A DNA stretch of 64,000 nt. Origin: Thermoanaerobaculia bacterium. Its GTDB lineage: Bacteria; Acidobacteriota; Thermoanaerobaculia; Multivoradales; JAHEKO01. Made by a program: the position numbers and the translations under genes. The stretch is taken from assembly GCA_049664225.1 (NCBI GenBank), contig JBATEX010000057.1, forward strand, positions 82,451-146,450, in the 5' to 3' direction. Under the pieces are notes generated by a model, which saw nothing but the letters and a program-made list of their open reading frames with translations, ran no database searches and was not told the origin of the DNA. The number at the start of each line of letters is the position of its first letter. Positions within the stretch are counted from its first letter, which is position 1. Below are positions 1 to 8,808 of this stretch, piece after piece.

Positions 1-198
1 ATTGCCTCCCCGGGGCTGGCAAGTCTGAAGGCGGCCGCGCGGCCGGCCGAGGTTCCCTACCTGTATTTCGTCAGCCGCAACGACGGCTCGCATGTCTTCG
101 CCTCGACACTCAAAGAGCACAATCGCAACGTGTCCCAGTGGCAGAAGATTTACTGGCAGCAACGCTGGGCCGAGGAGAAGAAGAAGCTGGACAACTAG
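1..198 (+). CDS. mltG: C-terminal fragment of endolytic murein transglycosylase MltG/YceG-like protein (5' end outside window)
   Basis: The frame is open from base 1 to TAG at 196-198. The translation ...EVPYLYFVSRNDGSHVFASTLKEHNRNVSQWQKIYW... fits the conserved YceG/MltG C-terminus (YLYFV..DG.H.F..T..EHN..V). It is absent from the ORF track because no start lies in the window. Confidence 0.7.
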   Translation: MASPGLASLKAAARPAEVPYLYFVSRNDGSHVFASTLKEHNRNVSQWQKIYWQQRWAEEKKKLDN

Positions 199-386
199 CC
201 CTAGCCCGCATTATTCATGAGCCCCACGGCATCTAGCGGAGATCGCCCGCCATCTCAGGGAAGTCCTCGCTCGTCGCTCCTCAACAACCTGCAAGGTTGC
301 CTCCGGTGCTCCTCCCTGCGGGTGACCAGATCTAACAGACGCTTTCCACAATCTGCTCGCGGCGTCATGAATAATGCGGGCTAGGG
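199..386. repeat. Perfect 22-bp inverted repeat (arms 199-220 ccctagcccgcattattcatga and 365-386 tcatgaataatgcgggctaggg) enclosing 144 bp
   Basis: Read directly from the sequence. The arms are exact reverse complements, and the AT-rich arm core contrasts with the GC-rich surroundings. It lies between the convergent mltG and tryptophanase stops. Confidence 0.9.
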
Positions 387-499
387 CCCAAGAGGCTTCA
401 GGGCGGAAGCTGCCCGGTCCCCGACTCCACCGTCTGTCTTGTCTCTTGGTGCTTCAAGCGGCAGGCATGTCAGCCGCGGTGTCCCGTGATGGCACCGAC

Positions 500-1876
500 C
501 TAGATCTCCTCGAAGCGCGCCGTGAAATGCCGCAGCACCGGAGCCTCGTAGACCATCTTCAGACCTTTGACCTGATCCAAATCGTCGCGAATCTCCTCCA
601 GGACATCACAGACGTACCGCAAGTGGGTATTGGTGTAGACCCGCCGCGGCACAGCCAGGCGGACCAAGTCGAGCTCGGGATATATCTCCTGCCCGGTCTG
701 CGGGTCTTTGCGGCCGAACATGACGCTGCCTACTTCCACGCCGCGCACAGCACCTCCACGATAGAGAGCCACCACCAGGGCCTGCCCGGGAAACGCCGCC
801 TGCGGTATGTGGGAGAGGAACGATCGAGCATCGATATAGACGGCATGTCCGCCTACCGGTTGGATAATCGGGACTCCCAGACTCGCCAACCGCTCGCCGA
901 AGGCACCGACTTGCGAAACTCGAAAACGTAGGTACTCCGGGTCCATGACCTCCCAAAGCCCGCGAGCCACCGCTTCCAGATCCCTGCCTGCGAGCCCACC
1001 ATAGGTGGGGAAGCCCTCGATGAGGATGAGCCTCTGCTTGATGGTTTCGAGGAGCTCGTGATCCCGGGTGGCGAGAAAGCCGCCCATGTTGGCCAGACCG
1101 TCCTTTTTGGCGCTCATGGTGCAGCCATCCGCCAGGTCGAAGATCTCTCGCACGATCTCCGGAATGCTCCGCCCCTGTTGCCCTTCCTCGCGCTGTTGAA
1201 TGAAGAAGGCATTTTCGGCAAAGCGACAAGCATCGATGTAGAACGGAATACCGAATTCGCGACAGAGCTCGGAGTATGCTCGGATGTTGGCCAGTGATAC
1301 CGGTTGTCCGCCACCGGAGTTGTTGGTCAGCGTCAACATGGCCAGCGGGATCCTGGCTCGCGGTGTCTCCTCGAAGAGTCGGCGAACTCTCTCGAGGTCG
1401 ATATCGCCCTTGAAGGGATGCTTGGCTGCCGGGTCTCTGCCTTCCTTGATCACCAGATCGACTGCCAGGCCTCGATGGATCTCGATGTTGGCGCGCGTTG
1501 TGTCGAAGTGATTGTTGTTGGGCACGATCATGTCTGGCTGGACCAGGGTAGAGAACAACAGGTTCTCCGCCACCCTGCCTTGGTGCACCGGAACGAAGTG
1601 CGAGAAGCCGAATATCTCCGTCACAGCCTCTTCAAAGCGGTAGTAGTTCCTCGCACCAGCGTAGGACTCGTCTCCGAGCATCAATCCGGCCCACTGATTG
1701 TCGGACATTGCCGATGTACCCGAGTCCGTCAACAGATCAATGAAGACCGCTTCAGCCGGCACGTCGAACAGATTGAAGCCGGCCTTCTCTAGACGCTTCT
1801 CCCGCTCTCTCTCACTCGGCATAGAGATCGGTTCGACCACTTTGACTCGCCACGGCTCTGGTAGATGAAACGGCAT
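500..1876 (-). CDS. Tryptophanase / tyrosine phenol-lyase family beta-eliminating lyase (PLP-dependent)
   Basis: 458-aa ORF with full-length family resemblance (...DLLTDSGTSAMS..., ...NNSGGGQPVS...). The PLP-lysine motif SAKKDGLANMGGF is present. Tnase and TPL cannot be distinguished by eye. Confidence 0.9.
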   Translation of the reverse strand: MPFHLPEPWRVKVVEPISMPSEREREKRLEKAGFNLFDVPAEAVFIDLLTDSGTSAMSDNQWAGLMLGDESYAGARNYYRFEEAVTEIFGFSHFVPVHQGRVAENLLFSTLVQPDMIVPNNNHFDTTRANIEIHRGLAVDLVIKEGRDPAAKHPFKGDIDLERVRRLFEETPRARIPLAMLTLTNNSGGGQPVSLANIRAYSELCREFGIPFYIDACRFAENAFFIQQREEGQQGRSIPEIVREIFDLADGCTMSAKKDGLANMGGFLATRDHELLETIKQRLILIEGFPTYGGLAGRDLEAVARGLWEVMDPEYLRFRVSQVGAFGERLASLGVPIIQPVGGHAVYIDARSFLSHIPQAAFPGQALVVALYRGGAVRGVEVGSVMFGRKDPQTGQEIYPELDLVRLAVPRRVYTNTHLRYVCDVLEEIRDDLDQVKGLKMVYEAPVLRHFTARFEEI

Positions 1877-1943
1877 ACTGTTCTCCCGATATAGGCTCGA
1901 TTCCCTGTAGAGGGATGTTACTACGGCACGTCTCTCGGCTAAC

Positions 1944-2141
1944 TAGCCTGACCTTCTCACCAGCTTCGCAGCGAAAGGGCGAAGATGTTTGGGAGTACAA
2001 GGCATGACAACCGAAGTCCCGCAGGCGTACTCGAAGTACGTCGAGGAGTGATGAGGGCGGAAAACGGAGTAGGACCAAACTTCAGGCGGTGCCCGGATAT
2101 AGTCGAGCTTGCAGCCGAACGCTGGTGAGAAGGTCAGGCTA
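1944..2141. repeat. Perfect 21-bp inverted repeat (arms 1944-1964 tagcctgaccttctcaccagc and 2121-2141 gctggtgagaaggtcaggcta) enclosing 156 bp
   Basis: Read directly. The arms are exact reverse complements. It sits in the divergent region upstream of the tryptophanase start (1876) and the DUF3891 gene. Confidence 0.9.
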
Positions 2142-2153
2142 CTTGGCAACAAC

Positions 2154-2873
2154 ATGATCGTCGTCCACGACCCTCCCGAGCTCTTGGTCATTACGCAGCC
2201 AGACCACGCTCGTCTCGCGGCCGCCCTGCTCTCACTCTGGATCCGTGATGGGCTACCTGACCACCCCCGTCGCGAGAATCTGCTGTTCGCCACTCGCGAG
2301 CATGACAATGGCTGGCGCGAGACCGATGCGGCACCTCGCTACGATGCGGTCGGGCAGCGACCCTTCGATTTCGCCTCCTTTCCGAAATCGAACCGTTTGG
2401 AGATCTGGCAGCGTGGAATCGAGCGATTCTCCCAGGAGCGCCCCTATGTCGCCCTTCTGATTGCCCATCACGCCGAGTCGCTGTTCCGGCACTCATCCGT
2501 GGCTCCCGATGGTTGGCAGGAGTACGTGGGCGTGCTCGAAGACCATCGGCAGGAGTGGTTCGAAAGGGCCACAATCAACCAGAGGGTACTCGACCAGGAC
2601 TACTCTTTTCTTCAGACGGCTGACCTTCTTTCGTTGGCGGTCTGCGACCGCTGGCGAGAGACCATCGACACCGGCCTGGTTCGTGCCTCCGTAGCCGATA
2701 CAGCTTTGCGTCTGAGCCCCTTCCCACTGGCCGGTGCCACGACACTCCAGGTACCATGCCGGCGGATTCCCAACCGGCCCTACCGCGGGGATGCGGACCT
2801 GGGTGGCGAGCTGGCCACCGCTCGGTGGGGTGAGCTGGCTGTCCGCGTCGTCCCCGGACCGGCAGAGCCATGA
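2154..2873 (+). CDS. DUF3891-like protein of unknown function
   Basis: Track ORF 2109-2873 begins at a TTG. The ATG at 2154 gives MIVVHDPPELLVITQPDHARLAA...REHDNGWRETD, which resembles the DUF3891 N-terminal pattern (MI..., ItQ.dHA, HD.GW..D). The family assignment is from memory. Confidence 0.6.
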   Translation: MIVVHDPPELLVITQPDHARLAAALLSLWIRDGLPDHPRRENLLFATREHDNGWRETDAAPRYDAVGQRPFDFASFPKSNRLEIWQRGIERFSQERPYVALLIAHHAESLFRHSSVAPDGWQEYVGVLEDHRQEWFERATINQRVLDQDYSFLQTADLLSLAVCDRWRETIDTGLVRASVADTALRLSPFPLAGATTLQVPCRRIPNRPYRGDADLGGELATARWGELAVRVVPGPAEP

Positions 2874-2928
2874 ATAGGGGCCACCACCCCTTGTCGCCGG
2901 GTGAAGGGCCCGTGATACTCTCTGGCGG

Positions 2929-3498
2929 ATGTCGGAACCGATTTTGGTGGGCGGCTCACCCACAGAGCCGCCAGTAGAGCCAACACGCATCAGGATTCCC
3001 TCCCCTATCGGTACCCTGGGCATCGAGCTCACTGGCCAGGTGCTGACTCGAGTCGTAATCGCCCCGAAAGGAAAGGTGCGCAACCAGTTTCGAGACTTTG
3101 CCAATCTCAAACCGTCGGAGCGCACCGATTTTCTGGACGAAGTTCTCGGGCGATTCTCTGAGTACTTCGCGGGCGCAAGACGTGGTCTCGACCTCGAATA
3201 CGATCTCAAAGCCACTGAGCTTCCATCTTTGGCGCGCAGAGTCCTACGACAGACTGCCAAGGTTCCCTACGGCCGAACACGAACCTATGGTCATATAGCA
3301 GAGGCCGCGGGCAAGCCCGACGCCTACCGTCAGGTGCTTTCCATTCTCCTGGTCAACCCCCTGCCAATCATCATTCCGTGCCATCGAGTCGTGACCACCA
3401 AGTCAGGACCCGGCAGTTACATCGCGGGCGAGAAGAAGAAGATCTGGCTGCTGCGGTTGGAGGAGAAGACTCGGACCCTAGAGGACCTCGATCCCTGA
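2929..3498 (+). CDS. ogt: Methylated-DNA--protein-cysteine methyltransferase (MGMT/Ogt)
   Basis: VPYGRTRTYGHIAEAAGKPDAYRQV...NPLPIIIPCHRVV contains the PCHRV active-site motif and the DNA-binding HTH region. Confidence 0.9.
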   Translation: MSEPILVGGSPTEPPVEPTRIRIPSPIGTLGIELTGQVLTRVVIAPKGKVRNQFRDFANLKPSERTDFLDEVLGRFSEYFAGARRGLDLEYDLKATELPSLARRVLRQTAKVPYGRTRTYGHIAEAAGKPDAYRQVLSILLVNPLPIIIPCHRVVTTKSGPGSYIAGEKKKIWLLRLEEKTRTLEDLDP

Positions 3499-3533
3499 GC
3501 CCTCGCGCGCCCGGCTCGAACCCCTGAAACGAT

Positions 3534-4658
3534 TCATCTTCCGTCACGCTGAAGGGTGACCTGCAGGCTGACGGTTTGCCCGGATTCGACCTCGAAGTCG
3601 AGTCGCTGCTCGTCGTGCCCGGGTCGTACGATGCTCAGAGAGTGGGCACCCGGATCGACGATCAGGCCCGCATGGAGAGCGGCCAGCTCCTGTCCCGAGC
3701 CGAGAAGGCGCCCGTCGAGATAGACCGAGGCATCAAGAGGCTGCACCACGAGCTCGAGCTGCCCCGGGGTGGCTCTGACATCCTGCCCGATTCCCGGCGA
3801 GGAAGCCTCCTCCTGGGCCGTCGCTGCCTCTTCCTGGGCCGCGGGTCCAGGCTCCACGATGGGTGCCATGGGAGGCCTGGGCGGAGTAGACAGGCCCTGC
3901 TGGAGGCGCAGCTCCATGTCAATGATCTGGCCGGTCCGAATCACGACTCGGTCGGCAAAGGTCACATAGCCATCCCGAACCAGGGTTATCTCATAGGTCC
4001 CTTCTTCCAGCCACAGATAACCCGGGTAGCCGTCGAAGTCCTTCGCCCGACCGACGAAACGGCCATCCACGTAGACCTCTGACTTTTTCGGCTTGATGAC
4101 CAGATTCAGAGCCCCCAGATCGGCACCGGCCGATCGAGGACTGTAGGGAGTCCGATACATCGGATAGGCACGAGGTGGGTCGTACCAATACGGGCCCCAG
4201 TGTCCCCAGCCCCAGCCCCAACAAGACGGCCAACCCCAGCAATAGCGGTTCCAATACCAGGGGTATCGATGTCCCCAGCCCCCGCTCCAACCCCAGGATG
4301 GGTGGTACCCACCCCCTCCTCCACCGCCTCCACCACCGGACCTTCCGGGTGGCTTCCACTGGCCAGGAGGATTCTCCCGAGTATCCCGTGCCGTCGGCTG
4401 TCGCTGTACGGCGGACGACGACGACCCCGAACTCGAGCTTGTGGACTGTTGCGGCGCCACGGCCGGCCGGGAACTAGGGCGCGTGGAACTTGCCTGCCGC
4501 CCGGAGCCCGACGAGTCAGCCGAGGGCCGTGTTCTGACGACCCGGGCTTTCTCCTCATCGGTCGCCCAGCCGATGCTGGCCAAAAGCAACCACCCCAGAG
4601 TCAGCCCCAGGCCACTCAGGAATAATCGTCGATGTCGGAATCCGGTTCTCTTGATCAT
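3534..4658 (-). CDS. Secreted/membrane-anchored PEGA-domain protein with poly-Gly and Trp-rich low-complexity segment
   Basis: It has an N-terminal hydrophobic signal/anchor (FLSGLGLTLGWLLLASIGWA) and a Ser/Pro-rich linker. These are followed by a G10 run and the segment YHPSWGWSGGWGHRYPWYWNRYCWGWPSCWGWGWGHWGPYWY. Two PEGA-like modules follow (LNLVIKPKKSEVYVDGRFVG...; LELVVQPLDASVYLDGRLLG...). Confidence 0.8.
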   Translation of the reverse strand: MIKRTGFRHRRLFLSGLGLTLGWLLLASIGWATDEEKARVVRTRPSADSSGSGRQASSTRPSSRPAVAPQQSTSSSSGSSSSAVQRQPTARDTRENPPGQWKPPGRSGGGGGGGGGGYHPSWGWSGGWGHRYPWYWNRYCWGWPSCWGWGWGHWGPYWYDPPRAYPMYRTPYSPRSAGADLGALNLVIKPKKSEVYVDGRFVGRAKDFDGYPGYLWLEEGTYEITLVRDGYVTFADRVVIRTGQIIDMELRLQQGLSTPPRPPMAPIVEPGPAAQEEAATAQEEASSPGIGQDVRATPGQLELVVQPLDASVYLDGRLLGSGQELAALHAGLIVDPGAHSLSIVRPGHDEQRLDFEVESGQTVSLQVTLQRDGR

Positions 4659-4874
4659 GGTCGGCCTCCTCTCGCTTCCGGGCCCTCCGAGGCCTATCGG
4701 GCTGTCTGACCCTCACGACCGCGGAGCTTCGGGTCCGGAATCGTGTTGCCACGCTTTCAGACTGCAAGCTTCAGGCCAGTCAGTACAGGCAGTCCCCTTC
4801 TGCCTGATTCAAGGCAAATTGCCCGGCAGAGGTCACCAAAAGACCTCACCGTCCCCTCCATAGGCCATCAGAAA

Positions 4875-5894
4875 TCAGGAATGTAGCGCCAGACGCTCGA
4901 CTTCCAGCCCGCTGGCCACCGGTCTGGCACGCAGAACCCGAGCCCCAGCCGCCTCCAAGGCCTCGGCGATCCTGCGACGCCTCTCGGCTGGGCAAAGGAG
5001 CACGATGCAGCCACCGCCACCCGCTCCGCATGCCTTGCCCCCCCAGGCCCCTTCCCGGCTGGCGGCAGCAAGCAGGGCCTCGATCACAGGCGTCGAGATG
5101 CCTTCAGCCAGCTGGCTGCGATAGCTCCACTCTCTTGCCACGAGCTTCCCGGCTGATTGCCAGTCACCCTGTTCCAGGGCCTGTGAAAGCTCCTGGGTGG
5201 TGTCCCGGATGCCATCGAAGAGCTCGATGATCTCCGGGTCGCCATCGAGCCGTCTGCGCACGATGCGCCAGTTGTTACCCGCCGAAAAGTGACTCTGCCC
5301 AGTGTAGGCCACCAGCATGCTGTCGCCAAGCGACTCGATATCCACTTCCAGACTGCGGACCCTCTCGCCACCGGGCCGGTACTCGATCTCCAGCACGCCG
5401 CCAAGGAGGGCCGGAAAGTGGTCCTGAACACCAGTCGGCAGGCTCATGAGTCGCGCTTCGATATCCCGTGCCCGCCTCGCGAGCTGAGTTGCCGAGGATG
5501 GCTTCCCGCCAGCCAAGGCATCTGCAGCCGCCAGGGTTGCCACGGCCAGAGCCGAGCTAGCTCCAAGACCACCCCCCAGAGGTGAGGCGCTCTCGATTCT
5601 GAGGATCGAAGGAGGCAAGCCGACATCTAGAGCGATCTGGCCGATGAGGCCGCCGCCTTCGGACTCGGCCAGCTCCCGAGGGGAATTGGCTGCAACCTCC
5701 GAGCCGCCCTGGCGGACTCGATAGCCCTTCTCGGCCAATGCGAGATCGACCTCGACTGGCAGGTCGATGGCCAGATTGACAGTACGAGAACCGGGGTGCA
5801 AGAGACCCAACGGCCAGAGATCGAGAGTGCCACCCGCCAGGTCGACCCGACACCAGGCTCTGGCGCGGACCCTACTTGCCGAGCGCTGAGGCAT
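4875..5894 (-). CDS. GHMP-family sugar kinase (HddA/fucokinase-like; possibly heptose-7-phosphate kinase)
   Basis: N-terminal RAWCRVDLAGGTLDLWP, the GHMP motif II PLGGGLGASSALAVA, and the C-terminal GGKACGAGGGGCIVLL. Substrate is inferred only from family resemblance. Confidence 0.75.
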   Translation of the reverse strand: MPQRSASRVRARAWCRVDLAGGTLDLWPLGLLHPGSRTVNLAIDLPVEVDLALAEKGYRVRQGGSEVAANSPRELAESEGGGLIGQIALDVGLPPSILRIESASPLGGGLGASSALAVATLAAADALAGGKPSSATQLARRARDIEARLMSLPTGVQDHFPALLGGVLEIEYRPGGERVRSLEVDIESLGDSMLVAYTGQSHFSAGNNWRIVRRRLDGDPEIIELFDGIRDTTQELSQALEQGDWQSAGKLVAREWSYRSQLAEGISTPVIEALLAAASREGAWGGKACGAGGGGCIVLLCPAERRRRIAEALEAAGARVLRARPVASGLEVERLALHS

Positions 5895-7257
5895 GAAACG
5901 GGTCTGTGTCTTCGTCTTCGGCTAGGAGGTCACCGCTCTGCAGCTCTGGTACGAATGGGCTACGCCCCTCCTTCAGGGCAGTGCGCAGCTCGTCTCGCCA
6001 GGCGAGAAAGGCCGGCAACTGCTCCTCGGATATCGGCTCAGCCGGTTTGTTGTCCAGAGTGAGTGGATTGATCCAACGCCCATCGCGCTGGATTCGATAG
6101 TCCAGATGAGATCCTGTGGCCAACCCGGTCGAGCCCACGTAGGCGATCACGTCCCCCTGAGAGACTCGTCGGCCAACATCGATTCCACCGGCAAACTTGG
6201 AGAGATGGAGATAGGCGGTCAGGTAGCCGTTGGGGTGGCGCACCTTGACGGTATTGCCACCACCGCGATCCCAGCCCGCGAATCTCACGACGCCGTTCGC
6301 AGTCACTCGCACAGGGGTCCCCGTCGGAGCCCCGTAGTCCACTCCGTAGTGGGGCCGGTACGTCTTGAGGACCGGGTGGAACCGCCGGCCCGTGAAACGC
6401 GAGGTAATGCGGGAAAAGCGCAGAGGCGACCGCAGGAAGAGCTTTTGAAGAGGACGGCCTGCCGAATCGTAGTACCCGTTGTCCTCACCGAATCGATAGG
6501 CCTCGAGAACCTTACCGCCATTCTCGTATGTCAGCGTCAGGATACTGCCTACACGGTAGAACTTGCCGTCCAGATACACCTCTTCGTAGAGCAGCTCGAA
6601 TCGATCACCGAGTCTCAGATCGCGGTTGAAGTCTAGGTCCCACTGCAGCACATCGGCCATGACGTAAGCCACCGTGGGGTGACCCCCGGCCCGACCAATG
6701 GAGGCTTCCAGGAAGTCGTCGAGCTCGCCCTCGATCGCCTTCACCCTCGTCGTTTCAATGAAGGGCCGCCAGGCACTCCGCCATTGCCCGTCGTTCTGCC
6801 AGACAGAAACCTGGCCCTTCCCGTTCAACGTCAGCCGGAAGCCTTCGAGCCGAGACTCGGAGTCCACCATGGCGGCGTAGCGGTCTTCGGGGCGCAGTCG
6901 GCGAAGATCGACATGCTTGGCTACCTCTTCCACCAGCAGGCTAGCCTCCTGCGGCTCAAAACCCACTGCGTCCAGTGCGTCACTGAGCGTCTCACCACGT
7001 CGAAACGCAAACTCCACCGGCAAGTTCTGCCTTCCCAGCCCACCGTCTACTCGCGCCGCCCACATGGGGTGAGCCACGAGCTCGGAGGAGTAGGCCTGCG
7101 TCGGCAGGAGGCGGAGGGGTGAGGCAATGAAGGCTTCGAGTCTTGAAGTCGCCAGATAGAGGCCCGCGGCCAGCACGACCAGTAGGCTCAGAACGCCCAG
7201 GCGGACCCAGCTACGTTTCACGTCGACTCCACCTTGCCTGGTAAGACCCGTGCTCAA
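5872..7257 (-). CDS. M23 family peptidoglycan DD-metalloendopeptidase
   Basis: HYGVDYGAPTGTPV...GNTVKVRHPNGYLTAYLHLS...GSTGLATGSHLDYR carries the LytM/M23 HxxxD and HxH signatures. An N-terminal TM anchor is present. The start at 7257 is a TTG and remains uncertain. Confidence 0.9.
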   Translation of the reverse strand: MSTGLTRQGGVDVKRSWVRLGVLSLLVVLAAGLYLATSRLEAFIASPLRLLPTQAYSSELVAHPMWAARVDGGLGRQNLPVEFAFRRGETLSDALDAVGFEPQEASLLVEEVAKHVDLRRLRPEDRYAAMVDSESRLEGFRLTLNGKGQVSVWQNDGQWRSAWRPFIETTRVKAIEGELDDFLEASIGRAGGHPTVAYVMADVLQWDLDFNRDLRLGDRFELLYEEVYLDGKFYRVGSILTLTYENGGKVLEAYRFGEDNGYYDSAGRPLQKLFLRSPLRFSRITSRFTGRRFHPVLKTYRPHYGVDYGAPTGTPVRVTANGVVRFAGWDRGGGNTVKVRHPNGYLTAYLHLSKFAGGIDVGRRVSQGDVIAYVGSTGLATGSHLDYRIQRDGRWINPLTLDNKPAEPISEEQLPAFLAWRDELRTALKEGRSPFVPELQSGDLLAEDEDTDPFHASALGK

Positions 7258-7760
7258 CCCAGGGTCTGGCCGATCAGGGAATCCGGATCTGGTGGCAACT
7301 TGCCGGAGAATGCGGTGACTCCGTCCTTGAAAATCAGCAGCCCGGGCAAGTGAGTCACCGAGTATTTCTTCGAGAACCCACCGTCGCGATCGAGGAAGAT
7401 CGGAGCCTTTGGACGCTTGCCTTGCAGGAAACTCTCGACCGTAGCGGCGTCCTCCTGGAAATTCACCATGATGACGCGCGCCTGAGAGCCCCAGCGATTC
7501 GCGATGTTATCGACGCGGGGCACGATATCCCTGCCGCGTGGTGACCATGACGCCCAGACCACGACTATGACTGCACCTTGATTTAGGTCTCTTTGTTGGA
7601 TCTGACCTCCGGAAAGTCCCTCCAGAGTGAAACCGCGGCCTTGACCGGAAACCGGTGGTGCCATCAAGGAGGTGGCAATGAGTACAGCCATCAGAAACGC
7701 CATGACCGCCCACCCGGTCCTTCGACCCGAAGTCCTCACCTTAGCTCTAGTGATCTGCAT
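7254..7760 (-). CDS. TlpA/ResA-like thioredoxin-fold protein lacking the CXXC active site
   Basis: Signal/anchor followed by VIVVVWASWSPRGRD, where redoxins have FWATWCPPCR. The C-terminal THLPGLLIFKDG resembles the cis-Pro region. Confidence 0.6.
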   Translation of the reverse strand: MQITRAKVRTSGRRTGWAVMAFLMAVLIATSLMAPPVSGQGRGFTLEGLSGGQIQQRDLNQGAVIVVVWASWSPRGRDIVPRVDNIANRWGSQARVIMVNFQEDAATVESFLQGKRPKAPIFLDRDGGFSKKYSVTHLPGLLIFKDGVTAFSGKLPPDPDSLIGQTLG

Positions 7761-7782
7761 GGCAATCGTCCTCGATCCGGGG

Positions 7783-8025
7783 TCAGCCTTCCCACTCCAC
7801 TTCGGGATGACGCAGACTGGTCAGAATCCTCTTGCGCAGACTTTCCGGCGCTCTGGTACCCGTGCAACCCTTGCGAACGACGGTCAAGAGCCTACGCGTG
7901 TAGTCGATTCTTCGGGCACATTGAGGGCAGACAACGACATGCTCCTGGACGGACACCAGAAGCTCCTCACCCAACTCGTTGTCGGCGTAGAGGAAGATGA
8001 TCTCTCTGACCCTGCTACAGTTCAT
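7783..8025 (-). CDS. Zinc-binding (ZAS, zf-HC2) anti-sigma factor
   Basis: MNCSRVREIIFLYADNELGEELLVSVQEHVVVCPQCARR carries the H-x3-C-x2-C ZAS motif. A GGAG-type SD precedes the ATG at 8025, while the track start at 8052 is a longer alternative. The gene lies directly downstream of the ECF sigma gene. Confidence 0.8.
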   Translation of the reverse strand: MNCSRVREIIFLYADNELGEELLVSVQEHVVVCPQCARRIDYTRRLLTVVRKGCTGTRAPESLRKRILTSLRHPEVEWEG

Positions 8026-8128
8026 CTCCGCACCTCGAGACCCTGCACACACCCAGCTCGGACGACGCGCCTGACAGGCCTCTCTCTATCTAACTGTCGT
8101 CCTGTCGGCGAAATTCCTCGTAGAGCTC

Positions 8129-8764
8129 TCACTTCTGCTCCTTCGAGCCTTCACGCAGCTGGCTGCTACGCATCTTGCTGGGTTCACCGGACCGCAGATA
8201 TCCGTGCTCTTTGGCATAGGTGAGCATCGCCGATTCCAAGAGTTTGCGGCCCCGATACAACCGACTCATGACCGTCCCCAGAGGCAACTCCAGAATGTCC
8301 GCGATCTCCTTGTATGAAAACCCCTCGAGGTCGGCGAGAAGCACAGCCATTCGATAGTCGGGTGGCAGGTCGTCCAGAGCGCGTTGTACATCCTCGTCCA
8401 GAACGTTCTCGAGAATCTCTTCCTCGGGGCTCTTCATCTGGCCCGAGACGTCCGAGCTGAGCCTGCTCTCGAAGGCATCCTCGATCTCGGCGAAATCGCT
8501 CTGCGGTGGGGCCTGCTGTTTCTTGCGGTAGTTGTTGATGAAGGTGTTCTTCAGGATTTTAAACAGCCAGGCCTTGAAGTTGGTACCTTCTTCGAACTTG
8601 TCGTAGTAGCGATAGGCCTTGAGGTAGGTCTCCTGTACAAGATCCTCGGCATCCTGAGCATTTCGGGTCATCCGGTAGGCGGTGTTGTAGAGGGCATCGA
8701 CGAAGGGCATCGCCGCCTCCTCGAAATTCCAACCCCGCTGCTGACTCGTGCTCTTACCCGGCAT
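8129..8764 (-). CDS. ECF-type sigma-70 family RNA polymerase sigma factor
   Basis: Region 2 (DAEDLVQETYLKAYRYYDKFEEGTNFKAWLFKILKNTFINNYRK) and region 4 (DYRMAVLLADLEGFSYKEIADILELPLGTVMSRLYRGR) are both present. Confidence 0.9.
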   Translation of the reverse strand: MPGKSTSQQRGWNFEEAAMPFVDALYNTAYRMTRNAQDAEDLVQETYLKAYRYYDKFEEGTNFKAWLFKILKNTFINNYRKKQQAPPQSDFAEIEDAFESRLSSDVSGQMKSPEEEILENVLDEDVQRALDDLPPDYRMAVLLADLEGFSYKEIADILELPLGTVMSRLYRGRKLLESAMLTYAKEHGYLRSGEPSKMRSSQLREGSKEQK

Positions 8765-8808
8765 CTTCAGCTTCTCACAGATTCAACTTATTGCAATCCT
8801 CGAGCTAC

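Noticed and set aside
217-387. 56-aa ORF (MSPTASSGDRPPSQGSPRSS...) that starts in the left arm and stops in the right arm of the 22-bp inverted repeat
   Set aside because: It has no SD, a Ser/Arg-rich low-complexity product and no recognisable fold. It is more likely a by-product of the palindromic TCATGA-containing arms. It is worth re-checking only if the element turns out to be conserved.
374-931. 185-aa plus-strand ORF, and other alternate-frame ORFs (606-1229, 1304-1792) inside the tryptophanase gene
   Set aside because: They overlap a full-length, motif-bearing beta-eliminating lyase on the minus strand, and no features of their own were recognised.
1877-2141. Possible TnaC-like leader peptide / attenuator upstream of the tryptophanase gene
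   Set aside because: I could find no short minus-strand ORF here with a critical Trp and a nearby stop. The only track ORF (1812-2078) runs into the lyase gene out of frame and lacks Trp. The inverted repeat is reported as a structure only.
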